Numbered from the stretch's first letter, positions 1 to 9,329 are shown. The stretch is DNA of 64,000 bases from an uncultured Chlamydiales bacterium (GCA_963700985.1 OY969554.1:721331-785330), one strand, 5' to 3'. Translations and numbers: made by a program. The notes: a model not told the origin generated them from the letters alone.

Positions 1-361
1 ATCTTTCATCCTTTGTACTTGAAGGAGGCGGCGACCATACTAAAATTGGAATATTGGCTTGTGCCATCTTATTTAATGCCGAAGAGAAGTTGAGCGAAAA
101 AGGATCGACGATAAGCTCGATCTGTACTCCGCGTTTTTTCGCTTCACATAGTGCCAGAGCAATCTTCGTATGCGAAAAAGCGTAGCTTGCGATGAAAATG
201 CTCTTTTCTTCTTCGTCGATTAGGCTGATTAATCGCTCAGCAAGATGATCATCAGGAGAAAAGAGAACCTCGCAGGCATTCTTCTCCCCTGCCGCTTTTG
301 CCGCATGCAGCGGAACAAAACACACCAGAAGTAGAAGCAGCAGATATCTAAAAACAGACAT
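1..361 (-). CDS. phospholipase D (HKD/Nuc-like) family protein, N-terminal part; gene runs off the left edge
   Basis: Own reverse-strand translation from ATG (complement of 359-361): MSVFRYLLLLLLVCFVPLHA (signal peptide), then EVLFSPDDHLAERLISLIDEEEKSIFIASYAFSHTKIALALCEAKKRGVQIELIVD. This is the typical N-terminal layout of secreted PLD/Nuc enzymes. The HKD motif itself lies outside the window. The ORF is absent from the track because no stop is visible. Confidence 0.6.
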   Translation of the reverse strand, partial: MSVFRYLLLLLLVCFVPLHAAKAAGEKNACEVLFSPDDHLAERLISLIDEEEKSIFIASYAFSHTKIALALCEAKKRGVQIELIVDPFSLNFSSALNKMAQANIPILVWSPPPSSTKDER

Positions 362-440
362 ACAAAAAAATATATCAACACTTCCCAAATTGTGCAATTT
401 TTTCTTCACATCAATTTTAATTATAAGAAGAAAATTTCTG

Positions 441-650
441 TTTAGATCAACTCTGGCTGCTCGTGCGCTTATTTCCCGCCAGACTTCGTCTTATTGGCAG
501 GTCCCTTCTCGCGTCACCTCACAGTACCCATCTAAGAATAGAAAGCAGATTCGGGTTTCTTACGTTGGTTCTGCGAGATGAGGCGCAAGGGAGGCAGCGG
601 GAGGCGCGGACACTTCAGTGCCGTGCCTCCGACATGTCTAATGCCATCAT
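441..650. ncRNA. candidate structured non-coding RNA, class unknown
   Basis: GC-rich island inside an otherwise AT-rich ~390-nt intergenic gap. Helices readable by eye: 452-470 (ctctggctgctcgtgcgc) with 583-603 (gcgcaagggaggcagcgggag); a 13-bp hairpin at 600-630 (ggaggcgcggacac-ttca-gtgccgtgcctcc); gcaga/tctgc at 545-549/571-575; a nested hairpin at 478-497. The track ORFs here lack an RBS and look like junk. Confidence 0.3.
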
Positions 651-748
651 TTAAGAAACCTTTAATTAATTCTAATTACCAAAATCTTTCAGTTAGCGGT
701 TGAAAAATGGGGGTTGTGGATTTTGAAAATGTGCACTAGACTGAGGAT

Positions 749-1441
749 ATGTCAAAACGTCCAATCTACTACGACACTGAGACCACTGGGATCAGCGCAG
801 CCAAAGATCGAATTGTGGAAATCGCCGCATTTGATCCGGTGCAAAACCGCACCTTCGTGCAGTTTGTAAATCCAGGTATGCCTATTCCAAAAGAAGCTTC
901 AGCAATCCACCACATCACAGATGAGATGGTTAAAGACGCTCCAACATGGCAAGAGATCGGACGCACTTTTGAAGAGTTCTGTGGCAGTGACACTGTGCTC
1001 ATTGCCCATAACAACGATTCATTCGACAAGGTCTTTTTGGAAGAAGAATATAAACGCAATCAGATGACGATGCCAGAGTGGCCATTTATCGATTCACTCA
1101 AGTGGGCCCGCAAATACCGCAGCGACCTTCCAAGGCACACGCTTCAAATTCTGCGCGAAGTTTATAACATCCCTGCAAATCAAGCCCACCGCGCGCTTGA
1201 TGACGTGATGGTCTTAAGTGAAGTCTTTTCACAGATGATCGATGATCTTTCTATGGAACAAGTGATCGATCTTCTAGCCAAGCCCACCAAGCTCGACAGA
1301 ATGCCTTTTGGAAAGCACCAAGGTAAGATTTTATCTAGTGTGCCAAAGGATTACATCGCTTGGCTTGGATCGAGTGGTGCTTTCGATAAGGCTGACAACA
1401 AAGAATTGAAAGCTGCCTTCGAAAAACTCGGCATGCTCTAA
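749..1441 (+). CDS. DnaQ/DEDDh-family 3'-5' exonuclease with C-terminal DUF3820-like domain
   Basis: Exo motifs YYDTETTG (ExoI), IAHNNDSFDKVFL (ExoII) and HRALDDV (ExoIII, DEDDh). The C-terminal MPFGKHQGKILSSVPKDYIAWL matches the exodeoxyribonuclease-X-like C-terminal domain. Confidence 0.85.
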   Translation: MSKRPIYYDTETTGISAAKDRIVEIAAFDPVQNRTFVQFVNPGMPIPKEASAIHHITDEMVKDAPTWQEIGRTFEEFCGSDTVLIAHNNDSFDKVFLEEEYKRNQMTMPEWPFIDSLKWARKYRSDLPRHTLQILREVYNIPANQAHRALDDVMVLSEVFSQMIDDLSMEQVIDLLAKPTKLDRMPFGKHQGKILSSVPKDYIAWLGSSGAFDKADNKELKAAFEKLGML

Positions 1442-1518
1442 CCTCCCCTTACTACACTCTCCGCAGAGAAAAAAAAGTGGAATCTGCTTTCAGAGCTAAC
1501 TTATGTTCTAAGGAAAAT

Positions 1519-1661
1519 AACAGGATCCGCTTCGCTAGCAGGATCGCCGCTTACGCGTCGACAGGATAAGTAAGATGAAGAGGGAAGCTTTTTTTATCTT
1601 GCATATCCGGCCGGCGCTTTGCGCCGATCCTGCTTATCCTGTAAATGATTTACTAATAAAG
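1519..1661. repeat. intergenic palindromic repeat, family B copy 1 (ACAGGATA...TATCCTGTAnATGATTTACTAA)
   Basis: acaggataagtaagatgaag...tgcatatcc[31-nt insert]tgtaaatgatttactaataaagc aligns with 19101-19167. Internal inverted repeats ACAGGATAAG/CTTATCCTGT and hairpin cggcgctttgcgccg. Confidence 0.7.
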
Positions 1662-1665
1662 CTTG

Positions 1666-3627
1666 TTAGAGTGGTGTTGAGATGAGAGGCTCTTCGACTC
1701 GTTCGACATGCTCGACGCGATCGCGCATCGTAAAGGCTTCCCACATATCTCTGAAGCCTTTGCATTTTTGCAGTAGCTCATCGCGTGGTCCTTCAGCGAT
1801 TTTCTCGCCTCTTTCTAGATAGATAATCTTATCCGCATGTTCGACAGTTGCCAAGCGGTGCGCGATGATGATCTGCGTCACTTCGCCATGCAGCTCTGCA
1901 ATCGCGTTTTTGATGCGATTTTCGCTGATGGCATCGAGTGAAGATGTGGCCTCGTCGAGAATCAGGATCGGTGCATTTTTAACCAGCGCGCGCGCAATAG
2001 CAAGGCGCTGCTGTTGACCACCCGAAAGGTTTTTGCCAGTTTCGGCTAATAAAGAATCATATTTTTCTGGCAAGCGCACAATAAACTCATCCGCATGGGC
2101 GCGCTTTGCTGCATTCTCTATCGACTCGCGCGAAAAATTGCGACCGAATGCAATATTAGCAGCTACCGTGTCATAGAAAAGAAAGGGTTTCTGAGAAACA
2201 AAAGCGATCTTTTCGCGAAGAGATTTTTGCGCGTAAGAGTTCAATGGTTTCCCATCGACGCGAATCTCCCCTTTTTGCACATCGTAAAGACGTGGAAGCA
2301 GTTGTACGATCGTAGACTTTCCTGCGCCGGTTGGGCCGACAATTGCAACTGTCTCCCCTTTTTTGATTTTGAAGCTAACATCTTTCAGAACCCACTCGCC
2401 ATCATAGCGAAACCAGACGTGATCGAATTCTATTGAGTCTTCAAAATTCTCAAACTGGAGAGCTCCCGCTTTATCTTCGATATGTGAGCGCTGCGTTAAA
2501 ACTTCAAACATCCGTTCTGCTGCAACTACTCCCCTCTGAATATTCGCATTCTCATCAGCAAACTTCTTAACAGGTTCATAGATCAACTGGAGAAGTCCGC
2601 AGAAGACGATAAGCTGAGAAAGACTCATGCCGAGTGTATAAAGACCAAATAGCACCACGCTGGCAAGACAGATGGTTGTAATAGCATGCAGAATAGGTCT
2701 GGTGAGCAGCCCATATTTAGCAGTTTTACTCTCTAAAACAGCCATGCGATCGTTCTGCTCTTTGTATTTGCTGAGTGAAAACGATTCCATTGCAAAAATT
2801 TTTACAGTCTGAATACCTGCTAAAAAGTCGATTAAAACCGAGGCAAACTTCTCTTGATTAGATTGCAGCTGGCGCGAAACGCGTTTAACTCGTCTGGCCA
2901 AAAGAACAATCGGAAGAACGATTAGAGGCACACCAAAGAAAATCACCAAGGAAAGCTGCCAGGAAAGATAAAAGCACATCATCAAACAGGTGACTAGTGT
3001 AAATGGCGTCTGAAGGTAGTTAGTGAGCCAAGAGTTAATCGAAGTGGCAATCTGGCCAGCATCTCCCACCACACGTGAGGAGAGCCCTCCAATATTATGC
3101 TGCTGATAAAAACTCATCGGCAGAGCTTGGATGTGTTCAAAATACTGCTGTCTTAAGTCGCGGCTGACGCGAATCGATAAGATCTGAGTAGTGTATCTGC
3201 TAGCAAACAGCCATATGGCTTTAAAAACAGCCACGCAAACCAAGATGGCAATAAGCGCATTGATGTTATCTGATAAACTGAACTGTGATTTAACTTTATG
3301 GATGACCCAATTTAATGGGTTTGTCTCTTTGCTCTGTGATAGATATGCAGCGGCCTGCTGTTTGGTGATCGCGCCTGTGCCCTGTGTATCGATCTGCGTC
3401 CATCTGGCTTGAACTTCGCCAATTGAGATTTCATTCTGCTGGATATTCTTTTCTGTTTTTTCTGTTCCGAATAGAGCGAAGAAGTCAGAGCCGTTATTTG
3501 CAAGCACACCGAGCGCAAACATCTCCATCTGGCTAGCGATAGTCAATGCAAAAAGAGTCAAGAAGGTGGTGATCAGCAGTGCAAGATGCTTTTTACTGCG
3601 TAAAGCAGCCTGCAAGAGTAGTTTCAT
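1666..3627 (-). CDS. ABC transporter permease/ATP-binding protein, MsbA/lipid-export type
   Basis: Six-TM exporter domain followed by Walker A GPTGAGKST, signature LSGGQQQRLAIARAL, Walker B ILILDEATS and H-loop IIAHRL. There is an unusually long (~90 aa) loop between TM1 and TM2. Confidence 0.85.
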   Translation of the reverse strand: MKLLLQAALRSKKHLALLITTFLTLFALTIASQMEMFALGVLANNGSDFFALFGTEKTEKNIQQNEISIGEVQARWTQIDTQGTGAITKQQAAAYLSQSKETNPLNWVIHKVKSQFSLSDNINALIAILVCVAVFKAIWLFASRYTTQILSIRVSRDLRQQYFEHIQALPMSFYQQHNIGGLSSRVVGDAGQIATSINSWLTNYLQTPFTLVTCLMMCFYLSWQLSLVIFFGVPLIVLPIVLLARRVKRVSRQLQSNQEKFASVLIDFLAGIQTVKIFAMESFSLSKYKEQNDRMAVLESKTAKYGLLTRPILHAITTICLASVVLFGLYTLGMSLSQLIVFCGLLQLIYEPVKKFADENANIQRGVVAAERMFEVLTQRSHIEDKAGALQFENFEDSIEFDHVWFRYDGEWVLKDVSFKIKKGETVAIVGPTGAGKSTIVQLLPRLYDVQKGEIRVDGKPLNSYAQKSLREKIAFVSQKPFLFYDTVAANIAFGRNFSRESIENAAKRAHADEFIVRLPEKYDSLLAETGKNLSGGQQQRLAIARALVKNAPILILDEATSSLDAISENRIKNAIAELHGEVTQIIIAHRLATVEHADKIIYLERGEKIAEGPRDELLQKCKGFRDMWEAFTMRDRVEHVERVEEPLISTPL

Positions 3628-3649
3628 AAGATAAGCTCAAAAGTAGACT

Positions 3650-4603
3650 TTAGTGTGTAGACTCAGTAAATCTACCCATTTTGCGGAATTTTAAATAGCG
3701 TTGTCTGATCAATTCATCCGGAGGGATCTGTTTTAACATCTTCCACTTGTCTAAAACAAACTCCTTTACAATTCGGTAAACATGTTGTGGATCGTGATGA
3801 GCTCCGCCTAAAGGCTCCTCGAGAATCGTATCGATAATTTCAAATTTTAATAGATCTTCAGCGTGGATCTTCAGCGCACTAGCCGCAGTTTCGTTTTTGC
3901 CGGCATCTTTCCAGAGAATCGAAGCGCAGCCCTCAGGAGAAATAACTGAATAATAAGAGTGTTCGAGCATCGCGATCTCATCGCCGATCCCCATCCCTAA
4001 AGCTCCACCCGAACAACCTTCCCCTATTAGAAGCACGATTACGGGAGTTTCAAGCTTAGACATTTCCCAAAGATTTTGTGCAATCGCCCAACCCTGACCA
4101 CGCTCTTCTGCAGTTAGGCCAGGATAAGCACCAGGAGTGTCTAAAAGTGACAATATAGGCAGTTTAAACTTCTCAGCCAGACGCATGCAGCGCAGCGCTT
4201 TGCGGTAGCCTTCGGGATGCGGCATGCCAAAGTTTCGTTCAAGTCGGCTTTCGGTATCGCAACCTTTTTCTTGAGCGATGATCATGAATTTCACGCTACC
4301 GATTTTACCCAGGCCGCAAATAATAGCAGGATCATTGCGGAATAGACGATCGCCACACAGCTCGGTGAAATCTTCGCAAAGGTTTTTAATGTAATCAATA
4401 GAACGTGGGCGCGCGGGATGACGGCAAATAGCGACGCGTTCCCAAGGAGTTAGGTTTGAGTAAACGCGATTTTTAAGCTGCTCGAGCTTCTTTTCCAATT
4501 TGAGGAGCTCATCTTCAGACCAGAGAGAATTATTCTTATTCTGCTCTTTGACCTGAGTGATCGTCTTCTCATATTCTAAAATCTGCTTCTCATGCGGCAG
4601 CAT
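3650..4603 (-). CDS. accA: acetyl-CoA carboxylase carboxyltransferase subunit alpha
   Basis: 317 aa. [30 protein letters not shown] and [10 protein letters not shown] are hallmark AccA segments. Confidence 0.95.
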   Translation of the reverse strand: MLPHEKQILEYEKTITQVKEQNKNNSLWSEDELLKLEKKLEQLKNRVYSNLTPWERVAICRHPARPRSIDYIKNLCEDFTELCGDRLFRNDPAIICGLGKIGSVKFMIIAQEKGCDTESRLERNFGMPHPEGYRKALRCMRLAEKFKLPILSLLDTPGAYPGLTAEERGQGWAIAQNLWEMSKLETPVIVLLIGEGCSGGALGMGIGDEIAMLEHSYYSVISPEGCASILWKDAGKNETAASALKIHAEDLLKFEIIDTILEEPLGGAHHDPQHVYRIVKEFVLDKWKMLKQIPPDELIRQRYLKFRKMGRFTESTH

Positions 4604-4626
4604 ACGTAAACCCTTTTTATGTGAGG

Positions 4627-5670
4627 TTAGCGAGTCGGAGTTGCGACCTCTATTCCTGGCAGGCGCGCCTCTCTAAAATCTTTTACAATCATCACAAAGC
4701 ATGGCTTAGTGATGATAATCGAAAAAAGCTCTTCCATATCTTCTGCGGAAAGAAGAATCGAGCCATCGCTCTCATTTTTTCCAATGATTTCGCGGTTTTC
4801 AACCATCTGGCCAGTTTTGGAATCGAGCACCCAGGGAGCGCCATGAATTCCATACCCTTTAGTTAAAACTGCGGTTCCTTCAATTGCTTCATGAAACGGA
4901 ATCCAACGTGTTCCAAAAACGCTGACCATTTCGACTTTCTGATCGCGAAAAAAGCCCGATGTTCCAGGTTTATAAATCGCAATCTTGCTTCCCAGTGAAT
5001 AGGTTCCAAGCGGAGTCAAGCTTCCAGAAGAACTAAGCGAGTCTGGACGTCCCACGGCCACTTGAAAAGTCTTTAGAAGCACGCGCTCTTTTGTATCGAG
5101 GTCTAAATAGTAGAAACCCATTTTACAACGGGCTAAATCGACCAGCAGATAAAAATTAATGTGCTTATCTTTGCGAAAGACGTTAAAACGGCTTCCCGGA
5201 GAGACTTTTTGTGTGAAGTAATCTGAGACACCATTCAAGCTGCGGGCAATGAAATGACGGGATGTCGCATAGTGAGTGGCATAGTCCGAAATCCAAGCTG
5301 GACGACCTTTTAGCCAGGGAACAGAACTCGCATAAGTTAGGGTTTCGACAATCGGAAGTTTAGCTGGACCCGTAGTAAATAGTTGAAAGACTCGGTCGAT
5401 GTTAGGAAAATCTTGAACAGATGAACTGGCAGGCAGAGCTTTTGAAGGCTGATTCCCCTTATCTGAACGGCTTTCTTTAGCGTTAGTTTGGGCTTTTTCA
5501 CCCTTAACAGTTTTTTGGGCAGCTTCCTTCTTAGGCGAAGGGAGATTAGCCTCTGTTTTTAAGGCAGAAGTGGTCGTTTTGGAAGCTGGCTTCTTTTTAA
5601 TAAGAGCCACCCCTCCAATAATCGCGAATACCGCAATTGCGCCTAAAAAGAGAATTTTTGGAAAAGACAA
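4627..5670 (-). CDS. membrane-anchored L,D-transpeptidase (YkuD)-like protein with non-canonical active-site motif
   Basis: TTG start, N-terminal TM helix and a Lys/Ser/Pro-rich linker. The YkuD-like core reads [18 protein letters not shown]...GYGIHGAPW...[20 protein letters not shown]. The canonical SHGC(I/V)R appears as SDGSIL (4750-4770). Confidence 0.5.
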   Translation of the reverse strand: MSFPKILFLGAIAVFAIIGGVALIKKKPASKTTTSALKTEANLPSPKKEAAQKTVKGEKAQTNAKESRSDKGNQPSKALPASSSVQDFPNIDRVFQLFTTGPAKLPIVETLTYASSVPWLKGRPAWISDYATHYATSRHFIARSLNGVSDYFTQKVSPGSRFNVFRKDKHINFYLLVDLARCKMGFYYLDLDTKERVLLKTFQVAVGRPDSLSSSGSLTPLGTYSLGSKIAIYKPGTSGFFRDQKVEMVSVFGTRWIPFHEAIEGTAVLTKGYGIHGAPWVLDSKTGQMVENREIIGKNESDGSILLSAEDMEELFSIIITKPCFVMIVKDFREARLPGIEVATPTR

Positions 5671-5813
5671 AAGCCTTTAACCCCCAAGCATCGGTGAAAT
5701 TATGCTAACTATTATCACTAAAGCTGAATAATTTTCAACAAAAGGCTGCTAAACATATAAATAAAATATTTATATTCAACTAGAATAGATTAGCTTAAAC
5801 ATGCCTAAAAACT

Positions 5814-6155
5814 CTAGGGGCGCTGAGCGGGAGGATTCTGAGATTGCGCCTGTTGCTGCTTCAAGCGATCTCTTTCAATCAACTTGCGCATCTTTTTTCC
5901 AGGTGTGAATTTGACAGCCAAGCGAGCTGGAATTACGATGGGAACACCGGCATTTTTAGGATTACGGCCAATCTTCTGCTTTCTTTCGACAACTTCGAAG
6001 ACACCAAAATCACGGAATTCAAGTCGATCACCTTTACCTAAAAATTGTGTCATCGCATCCAGAAAAGACTGGATAACGTTACGCACATCGTTCGGATGGA
6101 TGCTTCTCTCTTGAGAAATAACCTGGATTAGCTTCTTTTTAGTGATCGTTCCCAT
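5814..6155 (-). CDS. HU/IHF-family DNA-binding protein
   Basis: LEFRDFGVFEVVERKQKIGRNPKNAGVPIVIPARLAVKFTPGKKM is the beta-arm and core of the bacterial histone-like HU/IHF fold. The C-terminal tail is Gln-rich. Confidence 0.9.
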   Translation of the reverse strand: MGTITKKKLIQVISQERSIHPNDVRNVIQSFLDAMTQFLGKGDRLEFRDFGVFEVVERKQKIGRNPKNAGVPIVIPARLAVKFTPGKKMRKLIERDRLKQQQAQSQNPPAQRP

Positions 6156-6233
6156 ATCTTAAGACTCCTGTTGCCAACACTTTCGGCGAATAAGCTCATT
6201 GTTGTATCGCACTGATTTTCAAGCAAGTGGTTT

Positions 6234-7508
6234 TCAGCTCTCAACCTCAATTAGCACCTTTTTTTTCTTTCCCGAACCGAGAAGAAGATAGCGGCCTCCA
6301 ATGAGATGCTCTGTTTTGAAGCTGAATTGCACATCTTGGATTTTTTCATTATTTACATAAGCTCCGCCATTATTAATCAAGCGGACGGCCTCTCCCTTGC
6401 TTGCAAGCAGACCAATTTTAACTGAAAGATCTGTGTAACGCTCTCCCACTATCTCATGACTTTTCAAAGAAACATGCGGCATATCTTTAGCAATTTCTTG
6501 CAAAACTTGCGGATCAAGCATGGTTTCTGTGCCCGGCTTTGCTCCATCAGTAACTTTGAGCGCCGTTTGTAGCCCCTCTTCTCCATGCACAAGACGCGTC
6601 ACCTCTTCAGCAAGCCTTCGCTGGGCAGTGTTGGGCATGTAATCGGCTTTTTCCATCATTTGAACATACGTCTCAATCTCTTCCAAGTCCATGTAGGTCA
6701 AGAGGCGCATGAGCTTGATTACATCGGCATCGGGCATGCGGAAAAGGTATTGATAAAACTGGTAGGGTGATACGCGCTCTGGGGAAAGCCAGATCGCGCC
6801 TTCTTCGGTCTTGCCAAATTTTTTGCCGTCGCTACGTGTAAGCAACTGAAAAGTTAAACCATAAGCCGGCTTGGCAAGCACTTTGCGAATAAGCTCAATC
6901 CCGCTGACAATATTCCCCCATTGGTCGCTACCACCCATTTGCAGCACCACACCATATTCACGCTGCAGATAAAGAAAATCATAGGCTTGCAAAAGTTGGT
7001 AGCAGAACTCAGTAAAGCTAATTCCATCTTCCGATTCTAAGCGCGAGCGCACCATCTCTTTGGCCAGCATCGTACTCACGCGGAAGTTCTTTCCTGTATC
7101 ACGCAAAAAATCGATCAAATTAACTTCTGAAAACCAGGTGTCATTATTGAGAATCACCGGACGTGTTGCAGGATTAGAAAAATCGAGGATCTGCTCAAAG
7201 TGCTTTTGAATGCCTGAGATATTATATTCGATGGTCGCGCTATCCAGAAGTGGTCTTTCAATACTTTTGCCTGAAGGATCTCCAATTCGGCCAGTGGCTC
7301 CGCCTAAGATGACGTAAGGTGCATGTCCAAAACGTTGAAACCAACCCAGCGCGACAATCCCCATCAAATTGCCCAAATGAAGGCTATCTGCTGACGGATC
7401 GAAACCGATATAAACTTTAATGGGGTTTTTAACGATGAGGCGAATCTCTTCGCTGGTCATTGCCTCTATGAATCCCCTCTTTTGAAGGCATTCAATCAGA
7501 TCTTGCAT
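6234..7508 (-). CDS. tyrS: tyrosine--tRNA ligase
   Basis: HIGH-type motif (SLHLGNL), KMSKS-type motif (KFGKTEEG) and a C-terminal S4-like domain (GEAVRLINNGGAYVN). 424 aa. Confidence 0.95.
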   Translation of the reverse strand: MQDLIECLQKRGFIEAMTSEEIRLIVKNPIKVYIGFDPSADSLHLGNLMGIVALGWFQRFGHAPYVILGGATGRIGDPSGKSIERPLLDSATIEYNISGIQKHFEQILDFSNPATRPVILNNDTWFSEVNLIDFLRDTGKNFRVSTMLAKEMVRSRLESEDGISFTEFCYQLLQAYDFLYLQREYGVVLQMGGSDQWGNIVSGIELIRKVLAKPAYGLTFQLLTRSDGKKFGKTEEGAIWLSPERVSPYQFYQYLFRMPDADVIKLMRLLTYMDLEEIETYVQMMEKADYMPNTAQRRLAEEVTRLVHGEEGLQTALKVTDGAKPGTETMLDPQVLQEIAKDMPHVSLKSHEIVGERYTDLSVKIGLLASKGEAVRLINNGGAYVNNEKIQDVQFSFKTEHLIGGRYLLLGSGKKKKVLIEVES

Positions 7509-7564
7509 GCAACACCTCTAAAAAGGAGCCAATAATTAAACTTAAGTGCTTTTCTGTCAACTCA

Positions 7565-7867
7565 TTAGGTGAGTTTCTTAGGATTATTGATTTGAAGTTG
7601 CTGCGCTAGCTGTGAGATCTTTTGGCTAATATCAGCTGCATTCTGGTTCTCATCAAAAAGGGAAATGGCCTTCGTGCGTAAAACCACACGCGTGGCTGCA
7701 TGACGCGAAATCCAGCGATGAATCTCGAAAGTTTTTTCTTTGAGGGCTTGAGGTGTGATCTGACGATCTGCAGCTTCTAGTTGCTTCTGCAGTTTTTCGC
7801 GCGCTCTGCGAGTTTTTGGACTCTCTTCCGCAAATGCCTTACTCTTCTGATTTTCGCCTGAAGACAT
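7565..7867 (-). CDS. hypothetical protein (100 aa, charged/helical)
   Basis: ORF-track frame, with the start moved to the ATG (MSSGENQ) preceded by GGGAG at 7-nt spacing. No recognisable motif. Confidence 0.4.
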   Translation of the reverse strand: MSSGENQKSKAFAEESPKTRRAREKLQKQLEAADRQITPQALKEKTFEIHRWISRHAATRVVLRTKAISLFDENQNAADISQKISQLAQQLQINNPKKLT

Positions 7868-7960
7868 GGTTAAGCTCCCGTTCACATTGCTTGTCAGACT
7901 AAGTTCCCCGCGGATTTTATGCAACACTCCCCACTTTACTATCTGAAAACAAAAATTAGA

Positions 7961-8131
7961 TTAACCACAGAGTCACAGAGAGCACAGAGCTAAGAGAGAT
8001 TATTTTTCGCGGGCGAGGCAAAAAATAATCCCCTCACGACTTCGCCGCCGAATCAGCGGCGAGAGGATGTCAGTTTTTTTGCTTCGCTCGCAAAAAAATG
8101 ACTTCTTTTTTCTCTGTGCCTCTGTGGTTAA
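7961..8131. repeat. nested palindromic intergenic element, family A copy 1 (MITE/REP-like)
   Basis: Terminal inverted repeats ttaaccacagagtcacagagagcacagag ... tctctgtgcctctgtggttaa enclose three internal hairpins (gattatttttcgc/gcaaaaaataatc, tcgccgc/gcggcga, gtcagtttttttgc/gcaaaaaaatgac). A second copy lies at 48981-49100. Confidence 0.8.
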
Positions 8132-8197
8132 TTTTAAACCCAACCGTTTTGCTTCTTAAAAGGCTTACGTGTATTCTGAAGAAAAAAAGGAAAAAAT

Positions 8198-8878
8198 ATG
8201 ACTTTAGAAAAAGCTAAAAAGGCCGTGGGATACACTGCGGCAGAGTTTGTTGAAAATGGCATGATCGTTGGACTCGGCACCGGCTCGACCGCAGCCTATT
8301 TCATCGAACGTCTCGCCCAAAGATGCAAAGAAGGCTTGTCGATCAAAGTCGTCTGCAGCTCCGTTGCATCTTCTGAGCTCGCCAAACGAGAAGGCCTTCA
8401 TCCCCATGATATAAATAAAATCTCGGTGATCGATTTGACTGTAGATGGTGCTGATGAGATCGATGAACAAAAACGCATGATCAAAGGTGGTGGCGGCGCC
8501 TGTGTACGTGAAAAAATCGTGGCCACCATGAGCCGCGAAATGGTTGTGATTATCGATGAGACAAAAATCGTAACCCACCTAGGTGCGCGCAAACTTCCTG
8601 TCGAGATTATTCCTTTTGCCCATCCCGTTACCGTAAATCATCTAAAAAAAATTGGCTACGAAGGCCAGTGGCGCAAAAAAACCGATGGATCACTCTTCTT
8701 AACAGACAATGGGAACTATCTCTTCGATGTCACCCTTTCTAATCCATGCACAGACCCAGAAAAAGTGCATTTGGAAATTCTTAAAACTCCTGGTGTTCTC
8801 GATACAGGCTTTTTCTTCAACCTTGCTGGACGTGTGGTGATCGGTTTTTCCGATGGACAAATTGTCATCCGTCCCTAA
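8198..8878 (+). CDS. rpiA: ribose-5-phosphate isomerase A
   Basis: GLGTGSTA, DGADE and KGGGGA motifs. 226 aa. Confidence 0.93.
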   Translation: MTLEKAKKAVGYTAAEFVENGMIVGLGTGSTAAYFIERLAQRCKEGLSIKVVCSSVASSELAKREGLHPHDINKISVIDLTVDGADEIDEQKRMIKGGGGACVREKIVATMSREMVVIIDETKIVTHLGARKLPVEIIPFAHPVTVNHLKKIGYEGQWRKKTDGSLFLTDNGNYLFDVTLSNPCTDPEKVHLEILKTPGVLDTGFFFNLAGRVVIGFSDGQIVIRP

Positions 8879-8910
8879 TATGAGGAAATAGTTAACAATC
8901 GAGCTGTTCT

Positions 8911-9324
8911 ATGCCCTCTGATCTAATCCCCGTGTCTTTTAACAAGATCATGCAAGCGCAGTCTTACACCGTGATTGTGCTCGGCACAGAGAATAAAAAA
9001 TTCGCTATCTATACCGACCCAAGCGTCGGCCGAAACATCCAGCTCTATCTAACCGAAGAGCATAAACCTAGACCTTATACCCACGATCTCATCCATTCCA
9101 TCTTCGATGGCTTGAACATCAAAATCTTGCAGATTGTGATCAATAACGTTGAAGATACCATCTACTTTGCTAGGCTCTTTCTCGAACAGCAAATCGGCGA
9201 TGAGCGCCACATCTTAGAAATTGACGCCAGGCCCAGCGACTGCGTCACACTTGCGCTCATGCACAATGCGCCTGTCTTTTGTAAAAAAGAAATTCTCGAA
9301 AAGGCTGTGCCCCTCGAAGATTAA
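8911..9324 (+). CDS. bifunctional nuclease (BFN/DUF151) domain protein
   Basis: VIVLGTENKKFAIYTDPSVG...RPYTHDL...IDARPSDCVTLAL matches the DUF151 bifunctional nuclease domain. Confidence 0.75.
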   Translation: MPSDLIPVSFNKIMQAQSYTVIVLGTENKKFAIYTDPSVGRNIQLYLTEEHKPRPYTHDLIHSIFDGLNIKILQIVINNVEDTIYFARLFLEQQIGDERHILEIDARPSDCVTLALMHNAPVFCKKEILEKAVPLED

Positions 9325-9329
9325 GAAAT

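Noticed and set aside
441-650. Assignment of the structured element to RNase P RNA, tmRNA, SRP RNA or a cobalamin riboswitch
   Set aside because: The reverse strand has faint resemblances (TAGATGGGTACTG, AAGGGACCTGCC, GGGAAATAAGCGCACGAGCAGCC). The diagnostic cores are absent on both strands: GAGGAAAGTCC for RNase P, the tRNA-like 3' end ending in CCACCA for tmRNA, GGAA-tetraloop/AGCAGC symmetry for SRP, and the GGGAA..GGTGAAA..CC plus GCCACTG elements for B12.
390-654. Track ORFs 390..581 and 463..654 as protein-coding genes
   Set aside because: They overlap each other and have no Shine-Dalgarno sequence. Their composition is Arg/Ser/Leu-rich and low-complexity, typical of translated GC-rich structured DNA. 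The region is better explained as an RNA or structural element.
7961-8131. CACAGAG reiterations as a CRISPR array or tandem-repeat locus
   Set aside because: The repeats are 7-nt units within inverted termini. There are no regularly spaced 25-40-nt repeats with unique spacers, and no cas genes are in the window.
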